A stretch of DNA of 64,000 bases from Setoptus koraiensis (lineage: Eukaryota; Animalia; Arthropoda): contig CM106586.1 in assembly GCA_048013815.1 (NCBI GenBank), forward strand, positions 4,650,001-4,714,000, given 5' to 3'. The notes beneath the pieces were generated by a model. It was not told where the DNA came from and searched no databases. It saw only the letters and a program-made list of their open reading frames with translations. Of the stretch, positions 22,893-33,735 are shown in pieces. Numbering within the stretch: position 1 is the stretch's first letter; every line of letters starts with the position of its first letter. The position numbers and the translations under genes were made by a program.

Positions 22893-25800
22893 CAACAACT
22901 GCAACAACAACATTTGAATGCCCAGAAAAACAATCTGCCATCGGGTTTGAATATGTCGACGGTCGCCTTGGACGACAATCAACGGTTGCGTTTGTACGGA
23001 TCGCCTAACTCACTTTTAAGCAAACGACCTGCTTATCTGCCACCAAGTGTGCCACAAGGTAATCAAGCAAGCGGATTTAGACCACCACAGCCCCTCTCGA
23101 GTAGTACTAAAATTCCGTCTGCTGTATCTAATGCAGCAGCCGCTCTAATGTTACCACCATCCATTATTCCGCCCCCTACATCAATATTAGCAGCACTATC
23201 ACCATCAACTCTATCACCTTATACAGGTTATGGTTCACCAGGATCAATGGCCTCAATTGTTGCGTCTTCTTCAACTCCAATGTCGCTATCTTATCAACCT
23301 GAGAGATATAATGCTGCCCTCACAACATCTAACGCTAATCATCAACAACAAAATCTTTCGCCATCAGCCGCGGCGGCCTCTCAGACAACTAGTGCCACAA
23401 CGGGTATAACCAACGGAAATAAGCCGCCCAATTCGGCATCAAGTACGCAGCAATCCATCAATACATTGACTGGTGGTGGAGCACTAGCGCCAACTGGTGT
23501 TGCCTCACCAAGTCCAAGCAATTCTTGGTCTAAGCGTCCGTTCAACATAACGCGGGTGGAGCACATATCCGCGGAATGCTCTAATGAGCTAATCAGAACT
23601 GTGATAATATTCAACGGTACATTCAAAGGTATTATCTACAGCTCTGGATATGTGCAAGATACGAATTGTCTTTATGTCAATGGTACAGGCAAGTCTAGAT
23701 ATGAGTTCAGTATAAAGCTGAATCAATGTGGAACTTTGGGTAGACAAGAGGAACGTAGACCTACGGGACCTGGTGAAGCTCGTAGGCGCGATCAGGTAAT
23801 GTGGAATACATTGTCAATACAATACAACACCATCATCGAACAAGAATGGGATGAACATTTTCGTGTTAGTTGCGAATACGGAAGTGATTTCTGGAAGACA
23901 ATATCATTCAATCCTTTCAATGTTGAAACAAACACCGGCTCACCTGTAGTATTTACAATCAATCCACCACAATGTCAAATGGAGATTTTGCGCGGACATG
24001 GTCAGATAGGACCTCGCCAGGACACAATATCTAGTCCCGTCACAGTTGGCGATCCATTGACTCTACTCATACATATGAAGAGTGAAAAAGGTAAGAAACA
24101 GAGAGAACCCAGATATAGAGAGATCTAGATTTATTCGAATGCGTGAGAATTAGTTGCATTGTCACCAATAAGTATGGCTGACATTGCATGCAATATTTTT
24201 CTACAACTCACTATAATTATCAACAACTCGATTTATTCTTCTATCTATAACCTCTTTCAGCTGGCTATGATATTCTAGTTAAGAATTGTGTCGCGCACAA
24301 TGGAGGTCACAATAGAATGCAACTCATCGACCAAAATGGGTAAGTAATCTTGCGGCTTTATAACGTTAGTGTTATCAAGAATGTCTAAGATTGAGTCTCA
24401 GCTTAATTATATTCTGGGTCAGTCATAATGTTATGTGAATGGCTCTCGTAAGATCTAGTTTACGCCTGCGTCTGCTCTGAGCGTGGCTACATTGTTACAT
24501 TTTATGACCTAATTAATCAATTAGTGAAGCCATTCTTCTCAACAAAAAAGTATAGATTCAAATTAGATTCATTTAAATTGAAACGGCTTAACATTGACCT
24601 CTATTCAGTTGATAGCATAGTGACCAGCAACGAGTTAAACAAGATTACTATTTTCTAACACTCATTTCATCCAATTGTTTACAACATGGTCGCAATAACA
24701 ACGAATTGTTTTTGAAACCCTAATCTTTTTATGGTCCACAACGACTTCGACAATCAACAAACTGATCCGGATGCCGAATCGCCCGTGACGTTATTATGTC
24801 TATTTGTCCTGATGCGGCTCATCTTCTTGAATTATACGCTCGCGAAATAAGATGTGTCGTAAACGAGCGCTTCATTAGTCCCTTCAGAGGAACCTATAAC
24901 GATAACGATCTTCGTCATGTTACCTTATACGCCTTCTTGAAGGCATTCCGATTCACAGGTAGTCCAGTATTATATTTGGAGTGCGAAATACACATGTGCC
25001 AGAGTGCCTGTCCGGTAAGTGTTGAAATTATTACGATATTTAGTGACTCTAGTCACTTGAATAGACATGGACATTCATGTAGATGATTGAACAAAGGAAT
25101 GTGGAAGTGCGCCATTGGCAGTGCGACGAAAATAGTGGTCTTGATTCTGAATAGGAACATGGCGAACCATTGTGATGATCTCTTTCGAAGGACAGTGAGT
25201 TCTCATGATGATGATAAGCGACCATGGAAATACTTCCACCAACACCAACTGGATGTGTGTGTATCTCTCTGTGTGGTTGCATCCATGTCTATTGAATTAT
25301 TTGTTCCTTGACGATGACAAATTTTCTCTTGGTACTATTCAATTCAATTCTGACCATACCAACATGTACCATGCCTTTCATGTGCAAGAACCGAGAAGGA
25401 TATTCTTCTCATGATATGGAGTATGCATCTACTAAGTGAGCTTGTCGATCATGCACTTGAATGATTGCAAATGTCTACTAGCTGAATGTGAAAAATGTTC
25501 CATGTCAATCATTACAGAATCCTGTGTATCTACCGTTTGGGTGGCTTGATCGACAAAATATTGAATTTGTTTTGTTAGAGTTCCTATCACATAAGAAAAC
25601 TGCCGTATAATAACACAAGAGTCTGCAAATTACTCATAACGAAAATACTCAATCCATCAATCTCCTGCTCTTTTCTCTATCCACATCGTGCACTACATCT
25701 GATATCTAGCCTCAAATGTGTTATTGGCGAAGATTGAGTAAAAGAGATACTGCGAACTCTACTATACCTGGTAATAATACTAACATGATAGGTGATACGG

Positions 25801-26888
25801 CAACTCTTTTAGAGGATTATGGTGGTGATACCGACCAAGAAATCAATGTCAACTATACAACAGTAGTTGATAGCGATAACGGTGGTGGACATTCTACCAG
25901 AAGTAGAAGAGCCTCAAGACATTTAAAGGACCATGATACAGTGCATAGAGTGTCGACAACAACAGCGCTTCCATCTAAAGAAGATACAACACTCAAACAA
26001 TCGCCCATATCGGATAAAGTGAGCCTTTTCTCGGCGCTGAGAGTCAATGAGGTCAATAATCTGTCTGAATTTGATCAAGACTCCAAACACAATAGCTCAA
26101 GTAGCGAGGCACAAGCTTACGATTTCGGACCCGACGTTGATTCTGCGAAATTTTGCTATGGACGGGGAGAAGTTATAGCCTTCATGATGACCATTGTTGC
26201 ATTACTTGTAGTCGCCATTAGCGTCACTGTTGGCTGCTGTTGGAGAGCCACCAATTTAAAATATTACTATGATACAAAAATGAGTGGCATCACTAATCAC
26301 AATGTGAAACTTCCCAACAAGAAACGAAATTTCGCTTTTGTATCTCCATTGGATTATTTGTTTTCATCTGCTGCCAATCAGCAAGCGGCCACTCTTTTCA
26401 ACGATCAGTACAATCATCATATGGCACCCATGAGTCCGGCTCCGTCGTCTCCGTCGACATCAACCTATTGCGAATCTCTACCCAGCAGAGCTAATAACAA
26501 TTATACTTCACATCAGAGCACTGCCTCTCTCGTTACTCCTATTCAAACTCCACCCACGGCTTCAGTCAATCACTGCCTCTCACTTGTAAAGCCCTGGTTA
26601 ATGAGTAATTACAATAATAGAAATCAACAAATACAGCAACACAATCACAAAAACCAACCCCAGCACGCATTCCGACAGAATCTCACTCAACCCAATAGAA
26701 CGTTAATTGACAATATGCAGAGTTCTGGAAATCTTTTATTGCCAGTTCAAAGTGATAGACAACAACAACAGCAGCAGTTAAGTCACGCTGGAAATGCTCT
26801 TCATTATTCTCAACACAAGTTGGATAATGCCGCTGTGTTGAAATCAAATCTTAGCAGAAATGGATATTGGTCTCAAATGAAAATGTAA
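20901..26888 (+). CDS. Zona pellucida (ZP)-domain, cuticlin-like type I membrane protein with very long low-complexity N-terminal region; 5' end unresolved
   Basis: Exons ~20901-24090, 24261-24339, 24852-25014 and 25710-26888, with consistent frames. ZP signature: CSNELIRTVIIFNGTFKGIIYSSGY..CLYVNG..CGTLG..VSCEYG..VTVGDPLTL..VKNCVAHNG..LIDQNGC..FLKAFRFTGSPVLYLECEIHMCQSACP. It is followed by a furin-like site RRLSKR and the TM segment VIAFMMTIVALLVVAISVTVGCCW. A polyQ tract lies near 22842-22898. No signal peptide is present at the modelled start. Confidence 0.85.
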
Positions 26889-27578
26889 AATAGATCGGAA
26901 TAATTAAATAGATAAAAGCAAGTAATTGAATTGGAAAACAACATTTCAGAACTCTAAACTTATCGAAGACAAATCATCTCTCGTGTACCCACCAAATGAT
27001 GTCATCAGGCTTCGAAATCATTGGCACGTCAAAACACAAAGTCCATATAAATATTCAAACATTGAGCATTAAACTAATCGAGCGAGTTAGACACAGAAAA
27101 TTGTCTGTTATAATATTTGAGGAATCATGTTCAATTGTGATGACGATCCCCTCAAGAAGACCCATGTCCTCCATCGAGTAAATTTAGCGGTCAACATTAA
27201 CTAATTGTGCAATACTTATCACTATATATCTGAATATAACTTATTTATTTATTTATTCACATAAATTGCAACTGTAGCTTAATCATTTCTGAAACTCAAT
27301 TTATTTCGTCTTCAGCAGCTTTCTTATCCTTTCTTCATCTCAATCAGTCTAAGATCGATTTCGTTGTGGATGTTTTCGTTCCGATTATTCACTATGATAT
27401 CGCCAGTTATCAATGATATTCAAGTTTCAGTATTAGTCACCTGCAATGTTGATTTTGCACACTTGCGTTGACAGATCAAATCGCTAGATTCAGATGTGAC
27501 AAACAAATTTTTCCACATGCCCATAAGGTGCTTATGAGATGTGATCACGTGCTGGGGAAAACAGGAGAAAAATTTAAG

Positions 27579-28538
27579 TCAGTGATCACAAATCGGTTGG
27601 TGTTGTATAGCACAATTTGAGCAATGAAAGCTTACCTTGGTCACCTGATGCAGACAGCAATGGCAAGACATGTTCTTTCGGACCGCTATTAGTGTGCAAA
27701 CGGTTAGTACCAGCGACAAACCGTCTGCGATGGTGGCTTGGGATGGACCCAATAATGTTTCATAATCTTTTCGGCTCACGGTCGGATAATGATCGATCCT
27801 GAACTCCATTATTGTTGATATATCGTCGTTGCTTTCGACATCGAATCGTTGATGTATAATCGATGCTGGCCTCACCATTGTGCTCTGATTTATTGTCTGA
27901 CAAGCACCACATCTATGATTAATGTGGTTGAAATCGTTGAACAGAGTATTTTTCTCCAGCAGTCTAAATCTCATGCCGTACAATACCATAACGACCCCAA
28001 CAATAACCATAAGGCATCCAAATATCTCAAGGTAAAGTCGTATCCCGACTTGATTGCGAGGATATATACCCATGGCTGCTATCGTAAATCCTATCAGAGC
28101 TGTTATCCCACCGGCGACAAACAAAATATCCGCCTTAATTAATTTGTTTGACTTGATGGAGTCAGATAAATCTCTAATGTTCTTGTAGTTACCCTGTGAC
28201 ACTTCTAGATCATTGAGAGTTGACCAATGGCGGACAAAGCGTTTCAAATTCCTTAGATCTTGGTCAGCTTTTGTTTTTCTAGAAGAGACTCTGACATCAA
28301 TGGTAGGGAGATTATGGTTTTCTTCAGTGTTTTGATGAACTTGGTCACTGGATTGATGATTGGTACTAGTGACTATTGTTCCGATGCTAACACTGGAACT
28401 CTTCAAATGGCTATTATCAGGTCTGGTGACAAAATCGTCTGTTGGGATAGGGATGATGTTGTGCGCGCCATTATCAGTATCTTGGGACTCGGATATTGGC
28501 CAAACTGCGCTCTTGTTCTTGCCTCTGATTGAAAACAT
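27579..28538 (-). CDS. Uncharacterised membrane protein with two adjacent TM helices
   Basis: ORF from ATG 28538, ~319 aa. Hydrophobic hairpin ILFVAGGITALIGFTIAAMGIY / LYLEIFGCLMVIVGVVMVLYGM. A GTAAGC donor at ~27635 suggests the C-terminus may be spliced differently. I did not recognise a family. Confidence 0.55.
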   Translation of the reverse strand: MFSIRGKNKSAVWPISESQDTDNGAHNIIPIPTDDFVTRPDNSHLKSSSVSIGTIVTSTNHQSSDQVHQNTEENHNLPTIDVRVSSRKTKADQDLRNLKRFVRHWSTLNDLEVSQGNYKNIRDLSDSIKSNKLIKADILFVAGGITALIGFTIAAMGIYPRNQVGIRLYLEIFGCLMVIVGVVMVLYGMRFRLLEKNTLFNDFNHINHRCGACQTINQSTMVRPASIIHQRFDVESNDDISTIMEFRIDHYPTVSRKDYETLLGPSQATIADGLSLVLTVCTLIAVRKNMSCHCCLHQVTKVSFHCSNCAIQHQPICDH

Positions 28539-28963
28539 ATTAGTGTGCAACTGTAATCGAGATAAAGTTAACACATTACGTGATTAGGGAAAATACGATC
28601 GGGCAATTCATTCAAGAGGCTGAGCCTTCTAGTATATCAATTTTGAGAATACTCGCTTCTCTCTCTCGTTTCCATAGCAAATTGTTTTGGAAAAATCTGT
28701 ATCTGCTCCATAGGTACATAAGAATCAGTCGCAGCTTTGCTCAGAGGCACAAATGTATGATACCATGGATTCATTAATATGAGAATAACTTCGTTTGAGT
28801 GGTCACGACAAAAATCGAGTGCAAGTTTGATATCAATGAGCAAACCCATTTGTCCACAGATACCAGTACTAGATCTATTATTCGCTACCTTTGATTTGTG
28901 CGTGACAAATGATTGGCGAGTTCTCTTATCGCATCGATGACTGTATTAACTTCTTTATTGACT

Positions 28964-28967
<4 letters not shown>

Positions 28968-29034
<67 letters not shown>
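28968..29034. repeat. (GA)n microsatellite, ~33 units
   Basis: Uninterrupted GA run. Confidence 0.95.
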
Positions 29035-29037
<3 letters not shown>

Positions 29038-29680
29038 GGCTCAATTTCGTTACTATATCGATTTGTTCATGATTCACACGACATGTAATCTTAGTGTTGT
29101 AGTTTACTTCCAATTGGTAGCGGTGAGGCACAATATAGACACGAAACTCGGGGCACTTCTTAAGGGCTGATCAGAAAGATCGGCCCGAATAGATTGGATG
29201 AGCACGTGATGGAAGACTGTTTTGTCACTCTTGCGTATAGCAAATCTGCGCCATTTTCACAAAAAAAGGCTTGATTCCAGGCTAGTAACTCTGTTATTCA
29301 TTTTCTATTATTCTAGCACCGGAAGTGAGCCAGAAGTATGGATTTGCTACAAATCTCGGCTACCGATGATTTTTGTCTAGTCAAGCGGATACTAGAGAGA
29401 CCTTTCAATGAAAATCTACAACTAAAAATCAGAGGCTCCGACTAGCCGAATCACTCTAGGAAGAACAAACTTTTCAAGTAACTTTAGAGTTGCTACTTTC
29501 TCAAATATATTATTAACTGAATTGCTCGTTATCAGTTTATTAGTTTGGCCTAGTATGTTTATTGGGACGGCATTTGCATCTGACAATTGATCCGATTTAC
29601 ATGAGATTAATTGTTTCATTCATTGATTTGATTTTTAATGATATCTCTATTTTATTTATAGAATCATTGGAGCTAATAGT

Positions 29681-30316
29681 CTAATAGGCATAATCGGAAG
29701 CGTCGTAATAGTCATCATCAATGTTCATTCTTGGATTAACTTTAACATTTCTCTCAACTCTGTTTATTCCAGTAAGATTGAGAGCGCCCGTCAATTGTGG
29801 TGGTAAGCTGACGTTTGGAATGATGTTTGAGAGAGGAATCGGCGTGGGAAGATTATTAATAGCGCCCGTTATTGTTGCTTGCAAGCCATCGTTGATGATA
29901 TAATCGATATCATAGCCGGTATCTTCAGAGATACGCTCTATAACGTCTGCAAAAATACAGAGTGTAATAGAAACAAAAATTAATTTATGAGCACTATAAC
30001 ATACCATTTAGCTGCAAAATCGCACTTTTACATACCATCAGCGACGTTCGACAATACTTTCCCTACTGCAAGCGCTGTCAGCAATGTTCCTAATAATTGT
30101 AATAAATCAAATTTTGACAATGCTCATTAGTGGTCGAATGCGATCAATAATTAATTAATTTTCGATTAATTCGATAGGCAACTATCAAAACCACCTCCAT
30201 TGAAATAACTTACTTTTATGTCTCACTAATGGTGCTGATTCATATGAATAGCAATTTGAGAGAATTAAGAATGCAATAATACTCATGACAACTGAGGCTA
30301 GCTTTCTTTGAGACAT
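29681..30316 (-). CDS. Orphan small secreted protein (140 aa): signal peptide, short propeptide ending in RHKR, amphipathic helix, Pro-rich segment, acidic Tyr-rich tail
   Basis: Exons 30316-30214, 30089-30036 and 29946-29681. GTAAGT/GTATGT donors and ttAG/gcAG acceptors, both introns phase 1, join into one open frame: MSQRKLASVVMSIIAFLILSNCYS-YESAPLVRHKR-TLLTALAVGKVLSNVADDVIERISEDTGYDIDY...DDDYYDASDYAY*. Confidence 0.7.
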
Positions 30317-32440
30317 TTCGTTGATACAAGCTGTTAATACTGATGATAGTCCAATAATCTGAGATTGAGATAAACTAAACTAAAATTGTCGGTTGTAGAA
30401 CGAACGGTTTCAAATTGTTGATTGATATGATGATGAAACAACAGCCTATGCGACACTTACTTGATTAATTTTTGCCTTATCGCTCGATTGTTGTGACAAA
30501 TTTAGCTACACGAAACATACACTTCTGCACTGTCTAATGAAATGTTTTTTTAGGCGGCAACTGGGTTTATTTTATACCAGCAATCGACACATATATCATT
30601 ATTTTTACGATCCCGAACACTAACGTCGACTGCGTTTTTGATACTCTCTCTCTCTCTCTCTCCCTCTCTTGGCCCCTTCCTCATGTTTAATCTTTTCACA
30701 TTTTATTAGCTGCGAACACGAGGAGGAAGTCATCTTGACATGAAGTATTGGTTTTCGAAACCATTGTGAATGCTTGTTAGCCGCATGGGGCCATTAAATA
30801 AACGGAGTTAGTCATGTACGTCAAAGAAGTCAGTCATGTATCCCAGATCACATAAATCTGGGATATTAATAATATTTAATATTTTTATTGATGTTCTTTC
30901 AATGACGAAGGACATATATTACATGTTAGTTTTAGATGATTTAGTCACAGTTTAATGGAAAGTTTTTTGGAACAATCTGTAATAAAAATTTTTTGGCACG
31001 GATGTAGCACGCACGCAGGCGATGGGATGATATATACGAAAGTGTATATACTCAAGCTTGACCTTTAATTGACGTCTATCAGCCAACCAGAGCAATCAAT
31101 CAGCGAAATCACTCTCATGTTCGTTTATCCCACAATGGTTTATCACCAAGATTAACTAGATTTATTGAAAAATAAGTTGTAGTACATGGGCACCTGTCAT
31201 GATCACGTTTTTATTCACGAGTTTTGATTTCATAAACGTCGGAACTTAATTGGAAGAAACCAACAATCGCCAATTTTTACACCCTGCCATGGGCAGAATA
31301 ACAAGCAGGAGTAAATAAATCTCACACAGTTGTTCGAAAAGGATATGAATGACAAAGCTACATCAACGATAAGAGTTGAGATTAGATTTAGCAGTCTCAC
31401 AGAGTCGCACCTAATTGATCATTTTTCATCAAGCTCGATAACTCACGATGGTAATGTTCGGAGACTGATGGCCAGATTTGTTTGTCAGCATTTGCCACTT
31501 GCTTAATTGGGGATGAAGTTACTGCAAAGCTTCCCACAAGCTAGTTGGTAGCAAGATGGTAAGAAGCTACGGTTTGGAAGAAGTAATCAGGTAGATCTAA
31601 CTTGTGATGCATGGGCAAATACAAATCTGACAAGAGATTCGCATTCAAATCTGCGATAAATAGTACCTCACTGAAAAGTTTACCTGGCTACTTGTATATT
31701 CTGCCGCTTCGTGGCTCTTGTAGCTTGCAAACTGCAGTTTGCAATGGCCAGACATAATGTCTGAGACATTGCAAGAAGCTCACAGGAGCCGTATAGTCTC
31801 ATGAATATTAGGCCAGTCGTACCATGACATCTACAGGACGTTTACAGCAACTACCTTGCATGAATACGCCATGGTACAGTAGCGATGGTCCTTGCTTTGT
31901 TCGCGCGAACACAGCTGCTTGTGGTAGCATACGTTTATATTTGCTGTCAAAAAGAAAGGAAGCAAATATATAATAACAGGCCACAGAGTCAACCAGTTTA
32001 CTCACTTTCTCGTTTGCCTTTGTGAGCTAACAACTATTAATTTTTGTTGTTATTGTTTATTTGTATTAATATCCCAGTAGTTGTATCATTATTATTATTA
32101 CATAACTCCACATACATTTTTCTACAAGTTCCTATTGGGCGTATTTACAGCAGGCCAATCTATACACTCGCACAAATAAATGAATTTAATTATTAACAAT
32201 ATCACAATCGGAGGATAAGATATAATAATAATCATACCGAGTTCACAAATAACCTGTGTTATATTTTATAAACACACAAAATCACAGATAGTCAGACGCA
32301 CACATTTAATAAAATCTGATCTCCAATACTAATAGTATTAATTGGAAGTTATCATCGGAGAGACACGCACGGATACATATATATATTGGTCATCTGTGTC
32401 ATTGATGCACAAAACAGATTAAATTAACAATATTATCAAT

Positions 32441-33258
32441 ATGCTGGCTTTTATCAACAAAATTGTTGACTGGTTCAAGCGCCTCTTCTGGATGGAGGAG
32501 ATGGAACTGACGCTTGTTGGACTTCAAAACAGTGGCAAGACCACATTTGTGAACGTGATCGCCGTAAGTCTATCCACATTATAGATATATAATTCTATAT
32601 CATAATATACTATCATAGTGTCTGATGCTCTCACTATGTCAAATGACTAACTTTTCCACTTTAAATTTTTCCACCTCAGAGCGGTCAATTTAATGAGGAC
32701 ATGATACCAACAGTTGGATTCAACATGAGAAAGGTCACTAAAGGGAGAGTAACAATTAAAATCTGGGATATAGGCGGACAGCCACGTTTTAGATCGATGT
32801 GGGTCAGATACTGTCGAGGCGTCAACGCCATTATTTATATGGTTGATGCTGCGGATCATGATAAAGTAGAAGGTTCCAGAAATGAACTCTCCAATTTGCT
32901 TGAAAAGCCTGAATTGGCCGGTATCCCCGTTCTTGTTCTTGGCAACAAGCGCGATCTACAAAATGCTCTAGACGAGAAGGAGCTGATATCCAGAATGTAA
33001 GTACTCCCTGTAGATCTTGTCTCAGATGATTTAATCATAACATCGATACAATTGATTCTAAACCAATGATATTTATACCGTTTTCCCAAACACCATGCCA
33101 CACAATAATATGAACAAAATACACACAGGAACCTAACCGCTATTAATGATCGCGAAATTTGTTGTTATTCGATCTCATGTAAACAAAAGGATAATATTGA
33201 CATCACTCTCCAATGGCTTATAGCACACTCAAAGACTCCGACTCCTTCTTCATCTTAA
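32441..33258 (+). CDS. Arl8: ADP-ribosylation factor-like GTPase 8 (lysosomal small GTPase), 189 aa
   Basis: Exons 32441-32563, 32680-32996 and 33129-33258. Motifs: [56 protein letters not shown] and [19 protein letters not shown]. Confidence 0.95.
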
Positions 33259-33735
33259 ATTTTTAGTCGATATTATGTATGTCTATTCATTATAAAAACA
33301 ACTCAAATCCATGAAATGAAATGATAAAATCTTATTGCATGAACATACATCACATAATTGTTATTATAAGATTGTTGACTCACACATACACAACAACAAA
33401 ATGATTCCATCAAAGAAGGATTCCCACAGACAGAATGGATAATAATTTTAGATCAGTCCCTTAAATAAATGAATGGTATTGTTTGTTTTAATGATGACTA
33501 TTGATAGGCGAAGCATTAAGTTATAATGTCAATATCACCACCGGACTGGGTCAAATATTGAACTTTTTTCTATTGCTGCATATAGTCAATCTTATCAGTT
33601 GTCATGCCCTGTTCAATTTCCGGTGGAGCCGCGCAACTTTATTTTTATTTGATTCCCTGACACTAGAAGAGATACAAAGCTAACAAATTACGAGATTGAA
33701 CAGTATCTAGGTAAATTGTTATTGACTGTTGTCAA

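Noticed and set aside
31441-31500. DGNVRRLMAR resembling the MutY DGNVxRVL motif
   Set aside because: The preceding HhH motif is absent and the frame closes after ~10 codons; probably coincidence.
16815-31930. Partial matches to miRNA sequences (miR-92-like ~16824, miR-2/13-like ~19283, miR-7-like ~29210, miR-317-like ~31907)
   Set aside because: Seed mismatches or insertions, and no complementary precursor arm.
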